From positions 1 to 46,960 of the forward strand of contig JAPLYC010000073.1 in assembly GCA_026395755.1 (NCBI GenBank): a stretch of 46,960 nt of DNA. The letters run 5' to 3'. The DNA is from Candidatus Parcubacteria bacterium. Its GTDB lineage: Bacteria; Patescibacteriota; Patescibacteriia; CAIXNZ01. The position numbers and the translations under genes were made by a program. Positions 19,303 to 28,142 of the stretch are shown here, piece after piece. The notes below the pieces were generated by a model. It was not told the DNA's origin and made no database searches. It saw only the letters and a program-made list of their open reading frames with translations. Numbering within the stretch: position 1 is the stretch's first letter; each line of letters opens with the position of its first letter.

Positions 19303-20148
19303 ATGACTGATCCCAATACCACCCCGGCCACCGACACCCCGACCGAAACCGTGATCGAGCCCAAGGCTGAGGAACAGGTTTACACCTGCGCCTGCTGCGG
19401 ACACGAAGCCACGGCCGAAGACGGCGTGGTCACCGAGCAGGTGAACGGCAAGCCGAAGATCGTCGACGCGACCATGTGGGCCGCGGCCGGCGAAGTCGGA
19501 TCCGAAACCGTGCTCAAGGTCTTCTGCAAGACCTGCGCGACCGAGGGCAAAGAGGACGACGGACAGACGTTCTTCCCGCTGAAGAACGCCCTGGCCTATG
19601 CCGACCGCGTCAAACGGCACTTTCCCAAGCGCGAGCGTTTGCTCGAGCAGGCGAACGAGCCGGAGATGCGGCAGCCGCGTCCCGAGATGTTCTGCAAGCG
19701 GTGCGGAAAGCGCCACGGGCAGATCGATAACTATCGGGGCGGGGTGACCGTCATCCGCAGAGCCTACCGCGTCGACTTCAATCAGAAGCCGATCATCGCG
19801 GAGTTCCTGTGCGGTGAGTGCCTCACGGAGCTTGGGCTCGTGCCCAAGAGGAATTCCGACGGCAGCTTCACGCAGCCCGAGGGACTTTTTCCCCCGTGGA
19901 AGACGCTTCAGATCGCCCTGCATGCGGAGGACAATCGTCTCGATCGGATCGAGAGGGACAAAGCCAACAAGGCACGGCGTGAAGAACAGCGTCAGCGGGA
20001 CAAAGAACTGCGTGAGCGGGCCATGGCTCCCAAGGCCGCCCCGACCACGAAGGTCTTCCAGCGTCCCGTCAGGCACGAACCCCTGGGCAAGGCCGGCACC
20101 GGTTCCATCGGGAAACCCGCCAACCGCAAGGACGGCACTCGCGGCTAA
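19303..20148 (+). CDS. Orphan GC-rich protein with four CxxC pairs (two putative Zn fingers) and a basic/charged C-terminus
   Basis: AAGGAGG SD; CACC, CKTC, CKRC, CGEC; strong GC3 bias. Confidence 0.8.
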   Translation: MTDPNTTPATDTPTETVIEPKAEEQVYTCACCGHEATAEDGVVTEQVNGKPKIVDATMWAAAGEVGSETVLKVFCKTCATEGKEDDGQTFFPLKNALAYADRVKRHFPKRERLLEQANEPEMRQPRPEMFCKRCGKRHGQIDNYRGGVTVIRRAYRVDFNQKPIIAEFLCGECLTELGLVPKRNSDGSFTQPEGLFPPWKTLQIALHAEDNRLDRIERDKANKARREEQRQRDKELRERAMAPKAAPTTKVFQRPVRHEPLGKAGTGSIGKPANRKDGTRG

Positions 20149-20243
20149 CCGGTCGCTCTTTGGAAAAATCTTGGCTAAATGCCAAGTTGGGATAATGGTA
20201 GATATGCTACCAACCTAATCCCGTTAAACAACAGGTTACGAAC

Positions 20244-20759
20244 ATCCCAAATATTTTCAGTTAATTCTGGAATATATTGGGATACTTGGAGAGGATCCAA
20301 TCTGCGAAAGCAATGATGGTCAAAGACCATTCTATTACTTAAGCAGACATCCCGTCGGGTAGAGACATTTACTGTCCTGCCCTACTTTCTGAGACCGTAA
20401 AGCAATTTGCGGTTTGAGAAAGTGAGCCCTTGACAGAATTAATAATTCTTGCTAAGCTTGCAAAGGAATTTTCCCGAGATGCCCCGTTGGCTCTCTGAAA
20501 AGATCTTCGCCTGATGCGGAGTTTGGGCAAATGGCTGCTTTGACAGCCAACCTGGCCCTGAAAAACGAAAGGTTTTGACAACGTTCCTATTATTCCCTGG
20601 GGAATATAGAGAGGAACACATTGGAGAGGATCCAAATCTGTTGCGGCAATAATGGAAGGTTAACAACTATTCCTGCGCCAAAACAGGCAAATCTCCAGGG
20701 GCGAGACCTAGTTTCGCCCAACTTTCTGAGACCGTAAAGCAATTTGCGGTTTGAGAAAG
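20244..20759 (+). ncRNA. Two tandem copies (~337-nt period) of a structured RNA module
   Basis: Identical 39-mer ACTTTCTGAGACCGTAAAGCAATTTGCGGTTTGAGAAAG at 20384-20422 and 20721-20759; TTGGAGAGGATCCAA at 20286 and 20621; sequence-divergent but structurally equivalent hairpins between them. Confidence 0.7.
20430..20458 (+). promoter_or_regulatory. Internal sigma70 promoter between the two RNA modules
   Basis: TTGACA-N17-TAAGCT with extended TG. Confidence 0.65.
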
Positions 20760-22036
20760 ACAAAGGTTAAAAAGTTCATATAACCTTGCCACCTTATCCT
20801 AGAACGGAAAGCTTGATAAAGTAATTAAATGCTGATTCAGCAGAAAAACAAGTTTGCGTTCTTAGATAAGGAAGTATTTTGAAAATATTTTAAAAAGGAG
20901 GACGTGTGAACCGGAAGGCTTTTTTTTGCGGCAAAATCAGGGGACCGCCCCTGAGTAAGTTCGAGGAGACAGGATAAAACTCCCGATCGACGCCAAAGGA
21001 GCCAATATGCGCTGGAAATTCAAGTTGAGCGCGGGGACCTGAGACCCCGAGTACACTCAGGTACTGGTAAAGAGCAATTTTTATCAGTAAGGTAATGTAG
21101 TCGTGTCAGCCTGGATACGTGATCATCGCCCAGCTCGGGCAGATTCGCGGATCTTGACGCGGCGAGGTACTGCGCTCCAAAATCACCGGGAACCATACGG
21201 AGGTACTATGACCTTCCCAAGCGGTTTCACCTAGTTACTTAGCTCACTCACCCCGGGCCGAAGATGCCCTCTGTGAAGCTTCGGACTGTACGCTGCTGCT
21301 TACCGGCATAGGTTTGCCGGACACATCCAGGCAGCAGTCCACGGCTGGTTTGACACACTGGAACCGGGCGCCATGCCCATCGTTCAAACCAACTCACCGC
21401 TTCTCCATACCTCGGAGGACAAACAATGCCTGAATTACGGCTCTTGTCTCGGGGTTCCTGGATCCCCTGAATGCAAAAATAAAAACCAGGGACAGCCTGC
21501 TCGAAGATTTTGAGCAGCCGACAAAGAAGCCAGAACGTTTGGGTTCATAAATCTTTGGACTGTCTGCTCGATAGAGTAGGCCCCAAAGTGACTCGAACGT
21601 TTAGGCGAAAAACACTCCTTGCAGAACTCTAAAAAGGGATTAGACAGTTACGACCGGCCAAGTGCCTAACTAACTAGTCATCCCACACAAGTAAGATAAA
21701 GAGATTCTGGCAAGGAACCGACTTTAATAAAGAAGCACGCATCGCCGGACCCGGCACCGAGTTTTCGGTAGCCTTCCCGGCACGCTTTCAGGCCCACCCG
21801 ACGCCTTACCGTTGCAACGCGAAGTCGTTGACGGCCCCGCCGAACCCGGCACTTGCGCTGACTCCTTGTCGAGCGCTCCGCCGAACCGGCAGTATCCTTA
21901 CGGGTAGCGGCCAGACCAGGGGCCGGGGTGCGAGACGCTACGTTTCGCCCCCGGCCCACGCACTAGATTAATCGAGAAAACAGGAAAAAGAAACAGAGGA
22001 GACTTCTAGCCCTTTCAGTCACCTAAAGAGAAAGGG

Positions 22037-22065
22037 GCGCCAAGTGTAACAGCTTGGCGTTTTTT
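22037..22065 (+). terminator. Terminator closing the structured island
   Basis: GCGCCAAG-loop-CTTGGCGT followed by a T tract. Confidence 0.75.
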
Positions 22066-22070
22066 AATTT

Positions 22071-22157
22071 CGTCACACGATTATCGGTATCGGTTTACGT
22101 TTCGGCTAGCGGTTAACGTACAACGTAACGTTTACCTACACCGTTTAACGACAAACG
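22071..22157. repeat. CG-ladder element copy 3 (13/14 CG)
   Basis: Same offsets; offset 65 is CT. Confidence 0.9.
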
Positions 22158-22195
22158 AAAAAGCCAGCCCTTTGCGAACAAAGAGCTGGCTTTTT
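22158..22195 (-). terminator. HU terminator (bidirectional)
   Basis: A5-GCCAGCCCTTTG-cgaa-CAAAGAGCTGGC-T5. Confidence 0.85.
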
Positions 22196-22218
22196 ATATG
22201 TGGGTAGTAGTTTATAGA

Positions 22219-22515
22219 TTAAGCCGCGGGAGCTTCTTTTTTCTTCAAGGCATCTTTTAAGGCCTTGCCGGATTTAAATTTGGGAATAATAACTTCAGGA
22301 ATGTCGATTTTTTCAGAAGGTTTTTGAGGATTAACGCCTTTGCGCGCGTGTCTGATTTTGGCTGAAAAAGTGCCAAAGCCGGTTAAGACGACTTCTTCGT
22401 TTTTTTGCAAAGATTCAATGATGGAATCCAGCATGGTTTCCAAAACCTCCTCAATCTGTTTTTTTGTTAATTTTGTTTTTGAGGCTACGACCTCAATTAG
22501 AGCGGCTTTGTTCAT
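22219..22515 (-). CDS. hup: DNA-binding protein HU
   Basis: MNKAALIEVVA...LTGFGTFS...ARKGVNPQ...PKFKSGKALKDAL. Confidence 0.96.
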   Translation of the reverse strand: MNKAALIEVVASKTKLTKKQIEEVLETMLDSIIESLQKNEEVVLTGFGTFSAKIRHARKGVNPQKPSEKIDIPEVIIPKFKSGKALKDALKKKEAPAA

Positions 22516-22576
22516 ATGGGTTGGTAAGGTTAGATTAAGTTATATAAGGTTATATTAGGTTTTATAAGGTTGCTCT

Positions 22577-22660
22577 GAAATACGGATTATTTTCACTGAT
22601 TCCACGGATACATTTTAAATTATTAAAATCTGTGTTATCCGTGAACAAAATCCGTGGTTC
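22577..22660. repeat. ACGGAT/ATCCGT ~9-nt-periodic palindromic element in the HU leader
   Basis: GAAATACGGATT..TCACTGATTCCACGGAT ... ATCTGTGTTATCCGTGA..AATCCGTGGTTC. Confidence 0.7.
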
Positions 22661-22705
22661 TTTTTTAGCCAATATTACCTTAATTACATTATATACCCTA
22701 ATACT

Positions 22706-23509
22706 TTAGATTTCAACATCTATCCACACCCTCTCGATTTTGACGGCTTTTTGGGTTTTGGTATCAATTTCCAGATAAACGCCGTTAATTTGGCAGATTC
22801 CACTTTCCGGAATCTCTCCTGGGTCATTAACCTGGCTTAAAAAGTTTTTGATAATGATTCTTTTATCCAAACCAATCACAGAATTTTTAGCTCCGGTCAT
22901 GCCAACATCGGAAATATAAGCTGTGCCTTGTTCTAATATTTGGTCATCTGCAGTCTGCACATGCGTATGACTGCCAATAAAGGCGGAAATCCGGCCGTCC
23001 AGATAAAAGCCCAAAGCTCTTTTTTCGCTGGTAGCTTCGGCGTGGAAATCAACAATAATAGCGGCTAAATTCTCATGCTTATGTTTCTCAAGGATTTTAT
23101 CAACGCAGCGAAACGGGTCATCAAAATCTTCCCGAAAAAAGACGCGGCCGACTAAATTGATAATTAAAATTGATTTTAGGCCAACTTGAACCACTTTATC
23201 GCCGCTACCCGGCGTGTCCTCGGGGTAATTGGCCGGTCTAACCAGGGGAAAGTCCTTTTTACTCAGCAGAATATAGGCGTCTTTTTTATCCCAGACGTGA
23301 TTGCCGGAGGTGAAAAAATCAATGCCTGCTGCCATCATTTCCTGTGTGGTTGTTTCGGTCAGGCCTTTGCCATGAGACAGATTTTCACCATTGGCAATTA
23401 CCAAATCAGGCTCATACTTTTTCTTGAGCTTGGGCAGACCGGCAATTACAGCCTGGCGGCCGATTTTGCCAAAGATGTCGCCGAGGAATAATATTTTGAG
23501 GTTGGACAT
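22706..23509 (-). CDS. ymdB: YmdB-like (TIGR00282) metallophosphoesterase
   Basis: ILFLGDIFGKIGR, NGEN, TSGNHVWD, RPANYP, DFHAEATSEK, GSHTHVQTAD. Confidence 0.95.
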   Translation of the reverse strand: MSNLKILFLGDIFGKIGRQAVIAGLPKLKKKYEPDLVIANGENLSHGKGLTETTTQEMMAAGIDFFTSGNHVWDKKDAYILLSKKDFPLVRPANYPEDTPGSGDKVVQVGLKSILIINLVGRVFFREDFDDPFRCVDKILEKHKHENLAAIIVDFHAEATSEKRALGFYLDGRISAFIGSHTHVQTADDQILEQGTAYISDVGMTGAKNSVIGLDKRIIIKNFLSQVNDPGEIPESGICQINGVYLEIDTKTQKAVKIERVWIDVEI

Positions 23510-23515
23510 ATTTTT

Positions 23516-23602
23516 CGTATTACGTTATTCGGTATCGGTTAAGGTTTCGTTAAACGTTTAACGTATATCGAAACGAATGTCGAAACCGTAAAACGATAAA
23601 CG
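23516..23602. repeat. CG-ladder element copy 4 (13/14 CG), filling the rny-ymdB spacer
   Basis: Same offsets; offset 27 is GG. Confidence 0.9.
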
Positions 23603-23604
23603 AA

Positions 23605-25128
23605 TTAGCGTGCGTACTCAGTTACTCTCATTTCGCGAATGACATTAACTTTGATTTCACCGGGATATTTTAAATCCTCTTCTATTTTACGAGCAATGCT
23701 TTGAGCCAGTTTGGCTGCTTCCAGATCGTCAATCTGATCAGGCATGACAAAAACGCGGATTTCGCGGCCAGCCTGGATGGCATATGACTTGGAAACTCCG
23801 GGAAAGGTGTTAGCCACATTTTCCAATTCTTCCAGTCTTTGCAAATATCTTTCATAAGTATCTTTGCGGGCTCCTGGTCGGGCGCCGGAAATAGCATCAG
23901 CAACTTTGACAATAATGCCCTCCAGACTTTTGGGATTATCTTCATGATGAGCAATGCAAATATAAGCGATATCTTCAGGCATATTAAATTTCTTCATGAT
24001 GTCATAGCCTATTTCAGGATGTCCGCCCTTGACTTCATGGTCAACAGCCTTGCCAATGTCATGAAAAAGTCCGCCTTTTTTACAGATAGTGACATCAGCA
24101 CCAATTTCTTCGGCAATTAATCCGGCTAAATGCGCCACTTCCAATGAATGCAAAAGTACATTGTGGCCATAGCTGGTCCTGAATTTTAAACGGCCTAAGA
24201 TTTGAACAAGCTTGGGATCAATCCCGGTAACGCCCATTTCAAAGACAGAGTCTTCACCGGATTTTTTAATTTCCACGGCCAGTTGTTTTTTGGCTGTTTC
24301 AATGGCTTCTTCAATTTTGGTCGGATGAATACGGCCGTCTAAAATTAAAGCTTCTAAAGCGCGTTTAGCAACCTGGCGTCGAATAGGGGAAAAGGCGGAT
24401 ATGGTAATAGCCATGGGTGTATCGTCAACAACAATTTCCACACCGGTTAATTGTTCAATCGTTCTGATGTTTCTGCCTTCGCGCCCGATAATTCTGCCTT
24501 TCATTTCATCGCTGGGCAAATCAACAGTTGAAGTGGTAATTTCCTGAGCATGTGAAATAGAGCATCTTTGAATAGCTAATGCCAGAATATCGCGTGCTTT
24601 TTTGTCCAATTCTTCCTGACCTTCAGCCAGTACTTTTTTCATGCGGCCTAAAATATCCTCCTTAATCGTTTTTTCTGTATTATCCAGAAGAACCTTAGCA
24701 GCCTCGCCTTTGGTCATGTTTGCAATCTTTTCCAGCTTTTGCATCTGTTCTTCTCTGATTTTATTGATTCTTTCCTTAACATCCTCAATCTCTTTAGCAC
24801 GATCCAAAAGTTTTTGCTGTTTATTTTCCAGATCCAGCAGCTTTTGGTCAAAAGTGCTTTCGCGCTTTTCCAGCCTTTGCTGTAAATAGCTTAGTTCTTT
24901 ACGTCTTGTTTGTTCTTCACGTTTGGCATCGTCAATAATAGCTAAAGCTTTATCTTTAGCCTGCAGTAAAAACTCTTTTTGTTTATTTTTTGCTTCGGTA
25001 ATCAGATGTTCAGCCTTGGCTTCTGCGCCCTCTACTTCTTTTTTGGCTTGGTAGCGTCTGATCAGATAACCAGCGCCAAAACCAAAAATAATGGCTAAAG
25101 CTCCAATTAAAAAAATTGTCAGTTCCAT
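23605..25128 (-). CDS. rny: Ribonuclease Y
   Basis: N-terminal TM, coiled coil, KH domain (MKGRIIGREGRNIR), HD domain (LFHDIGK); start trimmed to the ATG at 25128. Confidence 0.97.
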   Translation of the reverse strand: MELTIFLIGALAIIFGFGAGYLIRRYQAKKEVEGAEAKAEHLITEAKNKQKEFLLQAKDKALAIIDDAKREEQTRRKELSYLQQRLEKRESTFDQKLLDLENKQQKLLDRAKEIEDVKERINKIREEQMQKLEKIANMTKGEAAKVLLDNTEKTIKEDILGRMKKVLAEGQEELDKKARDILALAIQRCSISHAQEITTSTVDLPSDEMKGRIIGREGRNIRTIEQLTGVEIVVDDTPMAITISAFSPIRRQVAKRALEALILDGRIHPTKIEEAIETAKKQLAVEIKKSGEDSVFEMGVTGIDPKLVQILGRLKFRTSYGHNVLLHSLEVAHLAGLIAEEIGADVTICKKGGLFHDIGKAVDHEVKGGHPEIGYDIMKKFNMPEDIAYICIAHHEDNPKSLEGIIVKVADAISGARPGARKDTYERYLQRLEELENVANTFPGVSKSYAIQAGREIRVFVMPDQIDDLEAAKLAQSIARKIEEDLKYPGEIKVNVIREMRVTEYAR

Positions 25129-25336
25129 ATTTTTAATAAGGTAAAATAGAGTCCAAGGATTATGCAAAGAACATTAAATCCAAAGCCCGATGGCTTTGTT
25201 CGAAAGAGAGGAGGTTAAAATTTTTTTATATGAGTTCATGAGTAAAAGTTAGCTGAAAGGCTAATAATAACCTAAATTGCTCTAAAATTGCTGAAAATCC
25301 TTGTAACCCTATTGGGTTTATTTATTAACTACTTTA

Positions 25337-25365
25337 AGCTTAGCATTAAAATCAATTTATGGCAA
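25337..25365 (-). promoter_or_regulatory. rny promoter
   Basis: TTGCCA-N17-TAAGCT with extended TG. Confidence 0.6.
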
Positions 25366-25463
25366 GCATTGATTATAGCTTTGGTCATAAAATTGACATT
25401 TTACGATCTCGCATGTTAAGTTGATAAAAAGTAATGTTTGAAAAATAAAAAGGAGGGAAGGCA

Positions 25464-25856
25464 ATGGAGATACCCAAAAAGTATCAAAGGTTCATTGACC
25501 AGGGAGTTAAGGTAAGAACAGACAAGAATCTTAGTCAGAAAGATGAAGTAAAATTTACCTTTCCCCACCCTAATTATGAGTTAGTGAAGGAGTTTTTACT
25601 GGTGTTGGATCCCAAGGATTTTATTGGTTATGAGGTCGCCGTTTATATCTGGGGCAAATGCCAGACCCCTGAATGTTCAGAGGAATTTGGTGCGGAATTT
25701 TCCGGGGAATTTTTAACAAAAAACATCCGGAGGACTAAAGAATTTCAAAGCAATGGGGGTATTTTATACGTCCATGTTTGTCCCTATTGTTCCTTTAAAA
25801 TGCTAGGGACATTAGGCTTTGGGGAGGAGGAATGTGGCTCGCCCCGACCAAATTGA
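25464..25856 (+). CDS. Orphan protein with CxxxxC...CxxC (putative Zn-binding)
   Basis: AAGGAGG SD, TTGACA-N18-TAAGTT promoter at 25393-25422, terminator at 25896-25920. Confidence 0.7.
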   Translation: MEIPKKYQRFIDQGVKVRTDKNLSQKDEVKFTFPHPNYELVKEFLLVLDPKDFIGYEVAVYIWGKCQTPECSEEFGAEFSGEFLTKNIRRTKEFQSNGGILYVHVCPYCSFKMLGTLGFGEEECGSPRPN

Positions 25857-25895
25857 CGCGGTCAAAAATGAATTTTTACTTTATTGTTGACCTTC

Positions 25896-25920
25896 AAGAG
25901 ACTGCTTCGGCAGTCTTTTT
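25896..25920 (+). terminator. Intrinsic terminator
   Basis: AGAGACTGC-TTCG-GCAGTC-T5. Confidence 0.85.
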
Positions 25921-25923
25921 AAA

Positions 25924-25952
25924 TTGACTTTTTATCTATTATTACGTATATT
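25924..25952 (+). promoter_or_regulatory. infB promoter
   Basis: TTGACT-N17-TATATT. Confidence 0.6.
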
Positions 25953-26000
25953 TAATAAGTAAAGGGATTTTTTAAATCCTTTTTATTATCTAAAATTATT

Positions 26001-26087
26001 CGTTATTCGTTTGTCGGTGTCGGTTAGTGTTTCGTTAGACGTTTATCGATAGACGAAACGAATGCCGAAACCGAATAACGTTTTACG
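26001..26087. repeat. CG-ladder element copy 5 (13/14 CG), in the infB 5' UTR
   Basis: Same offsets; offset 27 is TG; ends 3 nt before the infB ATG. Confidence 0.9.
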
Positions 26088-26090
26088 ACC

Positions 26091-28091
26091 ATGAATGTAA
26101 CCGAATTAGCCCGAAAATTGAAAGTCAACACCAATGAGCTTCTGGACATATTGCCGGAGTTTGGTTTTGATATTGGCAAAAGAGCAATTAAAGTTGATGA
26201 AAAAGTAGCGCAAAAAATTATTAAATTAGGCAATAAAATTCAAGACAGGCTGATTGCGCAGCAAAAAGAAAAAATGGCCAGCTTAGAAAAATTAACTGCG
26301 GTTGTGGCTGAACCAACGGAGCAGAAGGAAATTGAAATTCCCCCGGTGATTACGGTGAGGGAATTAGCCCAAGTAATAAACAGGCCGGTCAGCGAAGTTA
26401 TTAAACAGTTGATGAAAAATGGGGTTTTGGCTTCTTTAAATGAAAGGATTGACTTTGAAACCGCAGCTATTATGGCTGATGAATTTGGCCTTAAAGTCGT
26501 TCCGGCCGAATCAGGGGATACCCAGCAATTACAGGATGTAGGCTTAAGAATTAAGGAAATTTTGGCTCAGGAAAAAAAGAGCCAGTTAAAGATAAGGCCG
26601 CCCGTTGTGGTGGTGATGGGTCATGTTGACCATGGTAAAACTAAATTATTGGATACGATCAGAAAAACCAATATCATTGATACTGAATCAGGCGGTATTA
26701 CCCAGCATATCGGCGCTTATCAGGTGACTAAAAAAGGCAAGATACTTACTTTTATCGATACTCCGGGCCATGAAGCTTTTACTGCTATGCGCGCCCGCGG
26801 TGCCAAGGTAGCAGATATTGCTATTTTAGTCGTGGCAGCTAATGACAGTGTCAAACCCCAGACTTTAGAAGCGATTAAAATAATTCAGCAGGAACAGATT
26901 CCCATGATTGTCGCTATTAATAAAATTGATTTGCCGGAAGCGGATATTGAAAAAGTTAAAAAAGATTTGAGTTCTTTGAATCTGATACCTGAAGATTGGG
27001 GCGGCAAAACTATATGTCAGCCGATTTCAGCCAAAGGTAATATCGGCATTGATGATTTATTGGACACCATTATTTTAATTGCGGAAATGGAAAAAGATAA
27101 AATCGTCGCTAATCCCCAAGGCGCGGCCATTGGTACAATTATTGAAGCTCATATTGACAAGGGAGAGGGTCCTGTGGCGACTGTCTTGGTGCAGAACGGC
27201 ACTTTAAAAGTCGGGGATAATTTATGCATTAACAATAATTTTTTTGGTAAAGCCAGGGCGCTTAAGGATTTTATGAACCGTGAGGTTAATGAAGTGAGCC
27301 CGGCCATGCCCGTTAAAATAATTGGTTTAAAATATGCGCCTAAAGTCGGCGATTTGGTGGAAGTAACTTGTGACATTGAACGCAGGCATAAAAAGTTCAA
27401 AGAGCATGAGCTAACCAAAGACAGCCAGCAGCTTTCTCGGGTTACTAAAAAAGCCGAAGAAACAGGCGATGAAAGCGTTAAAAGGCTGAATTTGATTATT
27501 AAGGCTGATGTCCTGGGTTCTTTGGAAGCAATTGCCGAGTCATTGGAGAAAATTGATTCCCGGGAAGTTAAAGCGAATATTCTTTCCAAGGGATTGGGTA
27601 ATATCACTGATGCAGATATTGATTTAGCGGCTTCCAGCAATGCCATAATTTTAGGCTTTAAAGCCAAGGCTGCGCCTGTGGCCCTGGATTTGGCCCGGGA
27701 AAAGAAAGTGGAAATAAAATATTATGAGATTATCTATAAGTTAATTGAGGAAATCAAGGGTAAAATGTCTGCCCTGCTTGAGCCGGAAATTGTCAGAAAA
27801 GTTTTAGGCAAGGGCGAGGTCTTAGCCCTATTTAAATCCGAATCCAAAAAGGCAATCATTGGCGTAAAAATTTTAAGCGGTAAAATCAATAAAAACATTA
27901 AGGTGGATATTTATCATAAAAAAGAATTAGTGGACACGGCTGAAATTGAAGAAATTAAAATCGGCAAAGAAAAAGTCTCGGAAGTGGCAGAAGGACAGGA
28001 TTGCGGTGTCAGCCTGCTAACTAAGCGAGAAATTTCCGTCGGTGACAGCTTGGAATTTTATCTGGAAGAAAAGATCATTAAAAAATTGTAA
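26091..28091 (+). CDS. infB: Translation initiation factor IF-2
   Basis: [49 protein letters not shown]. Confidence 0.98.
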   Translation: MNVTELARKLKVNTNELLDILPEFGFDIGKRAIKVDEKVAQKIIKLGNKIQDRLIAQQKEKMASLEKLTAVVAEPTEQKEIEIPPVITVRELAQVINRPVSEVIKQLMKNGVLASLNERIDFETAAIMADEFGLKVVPAESGDTQQLQDVGLRIKEILAQEKKSQLKIRPPVVVVMGHVDHGKTKLLDTIRKTNIIDTESGGITQHIGAYQVTKKGKILTFIDTPGHEAFTAMRARGAKVADIAILVVAANDSVKPQTLEAIKIIQQEQIPMIVAINKIDLPEADIEKVKKDLSSLNLIPEDWGGKTICQPISAKGNIGIDDLLDTIILIAEMEKDKIVANPQGAAIGTIIEAHIDKGEGPVATVLVQNGTLKVGDNLCINNNFFGKARALKDFMNREVNEVSPAMPVKIIGLKYAPKVGDLVEVTCDIERRHKKFKEHELTKDSQQLSRVTKKAEETGDESVKRLNLIIKADVLGSLEAIAESLEKIDSREVKANILSKGLGNITDADIDLAASSNAIILGFKAKAAPVALDLAREKKVEIKYYEIIYKLIEEIKGKMSALLEPEIVRKVLGKGEVLALFKSESKKAIIGVKILSGKINKNIKVDIYHKKELVDTAEIEEIKIGKEKVSEVAEGQDCGVSLLTKREISVGDSLEFYLEEKIIKKL

Positions 28092-28092
28092 T

Positions 28093-28125
28093 AAAAAAAG
28101 GCGATTCCGTGTAGCGGAACCGCCT
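28093..28125 (-). terminator. Terminator of the minus-strand orphan
   Basis: AGGCGATTCCG...CGGAACCGCCT preceded by an A tract on +. Confidence 0.7.
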
Positions 28126-28142
28126 GGTTGAGGCGCCTTAAC

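Noticed and set aside
19264-20076. 270-aa antisense ORF over the Zn-finger gene
   Set aside because: Same shadow effect; no SD or motif support.
20384-20759. CRISPR array (39-nt palindromic direct repeat)
   Set aside because: Only two copies, ~298 nt apart, flanks partly homologous, and no cas genes in the window.
20150-22060. tmRNA, RNase P, SRP, tRNA or group I/II intron
   Set aside because: I could not find their hallmark motifs by eye; a covariance-model search is needed to exclude divergent forms.
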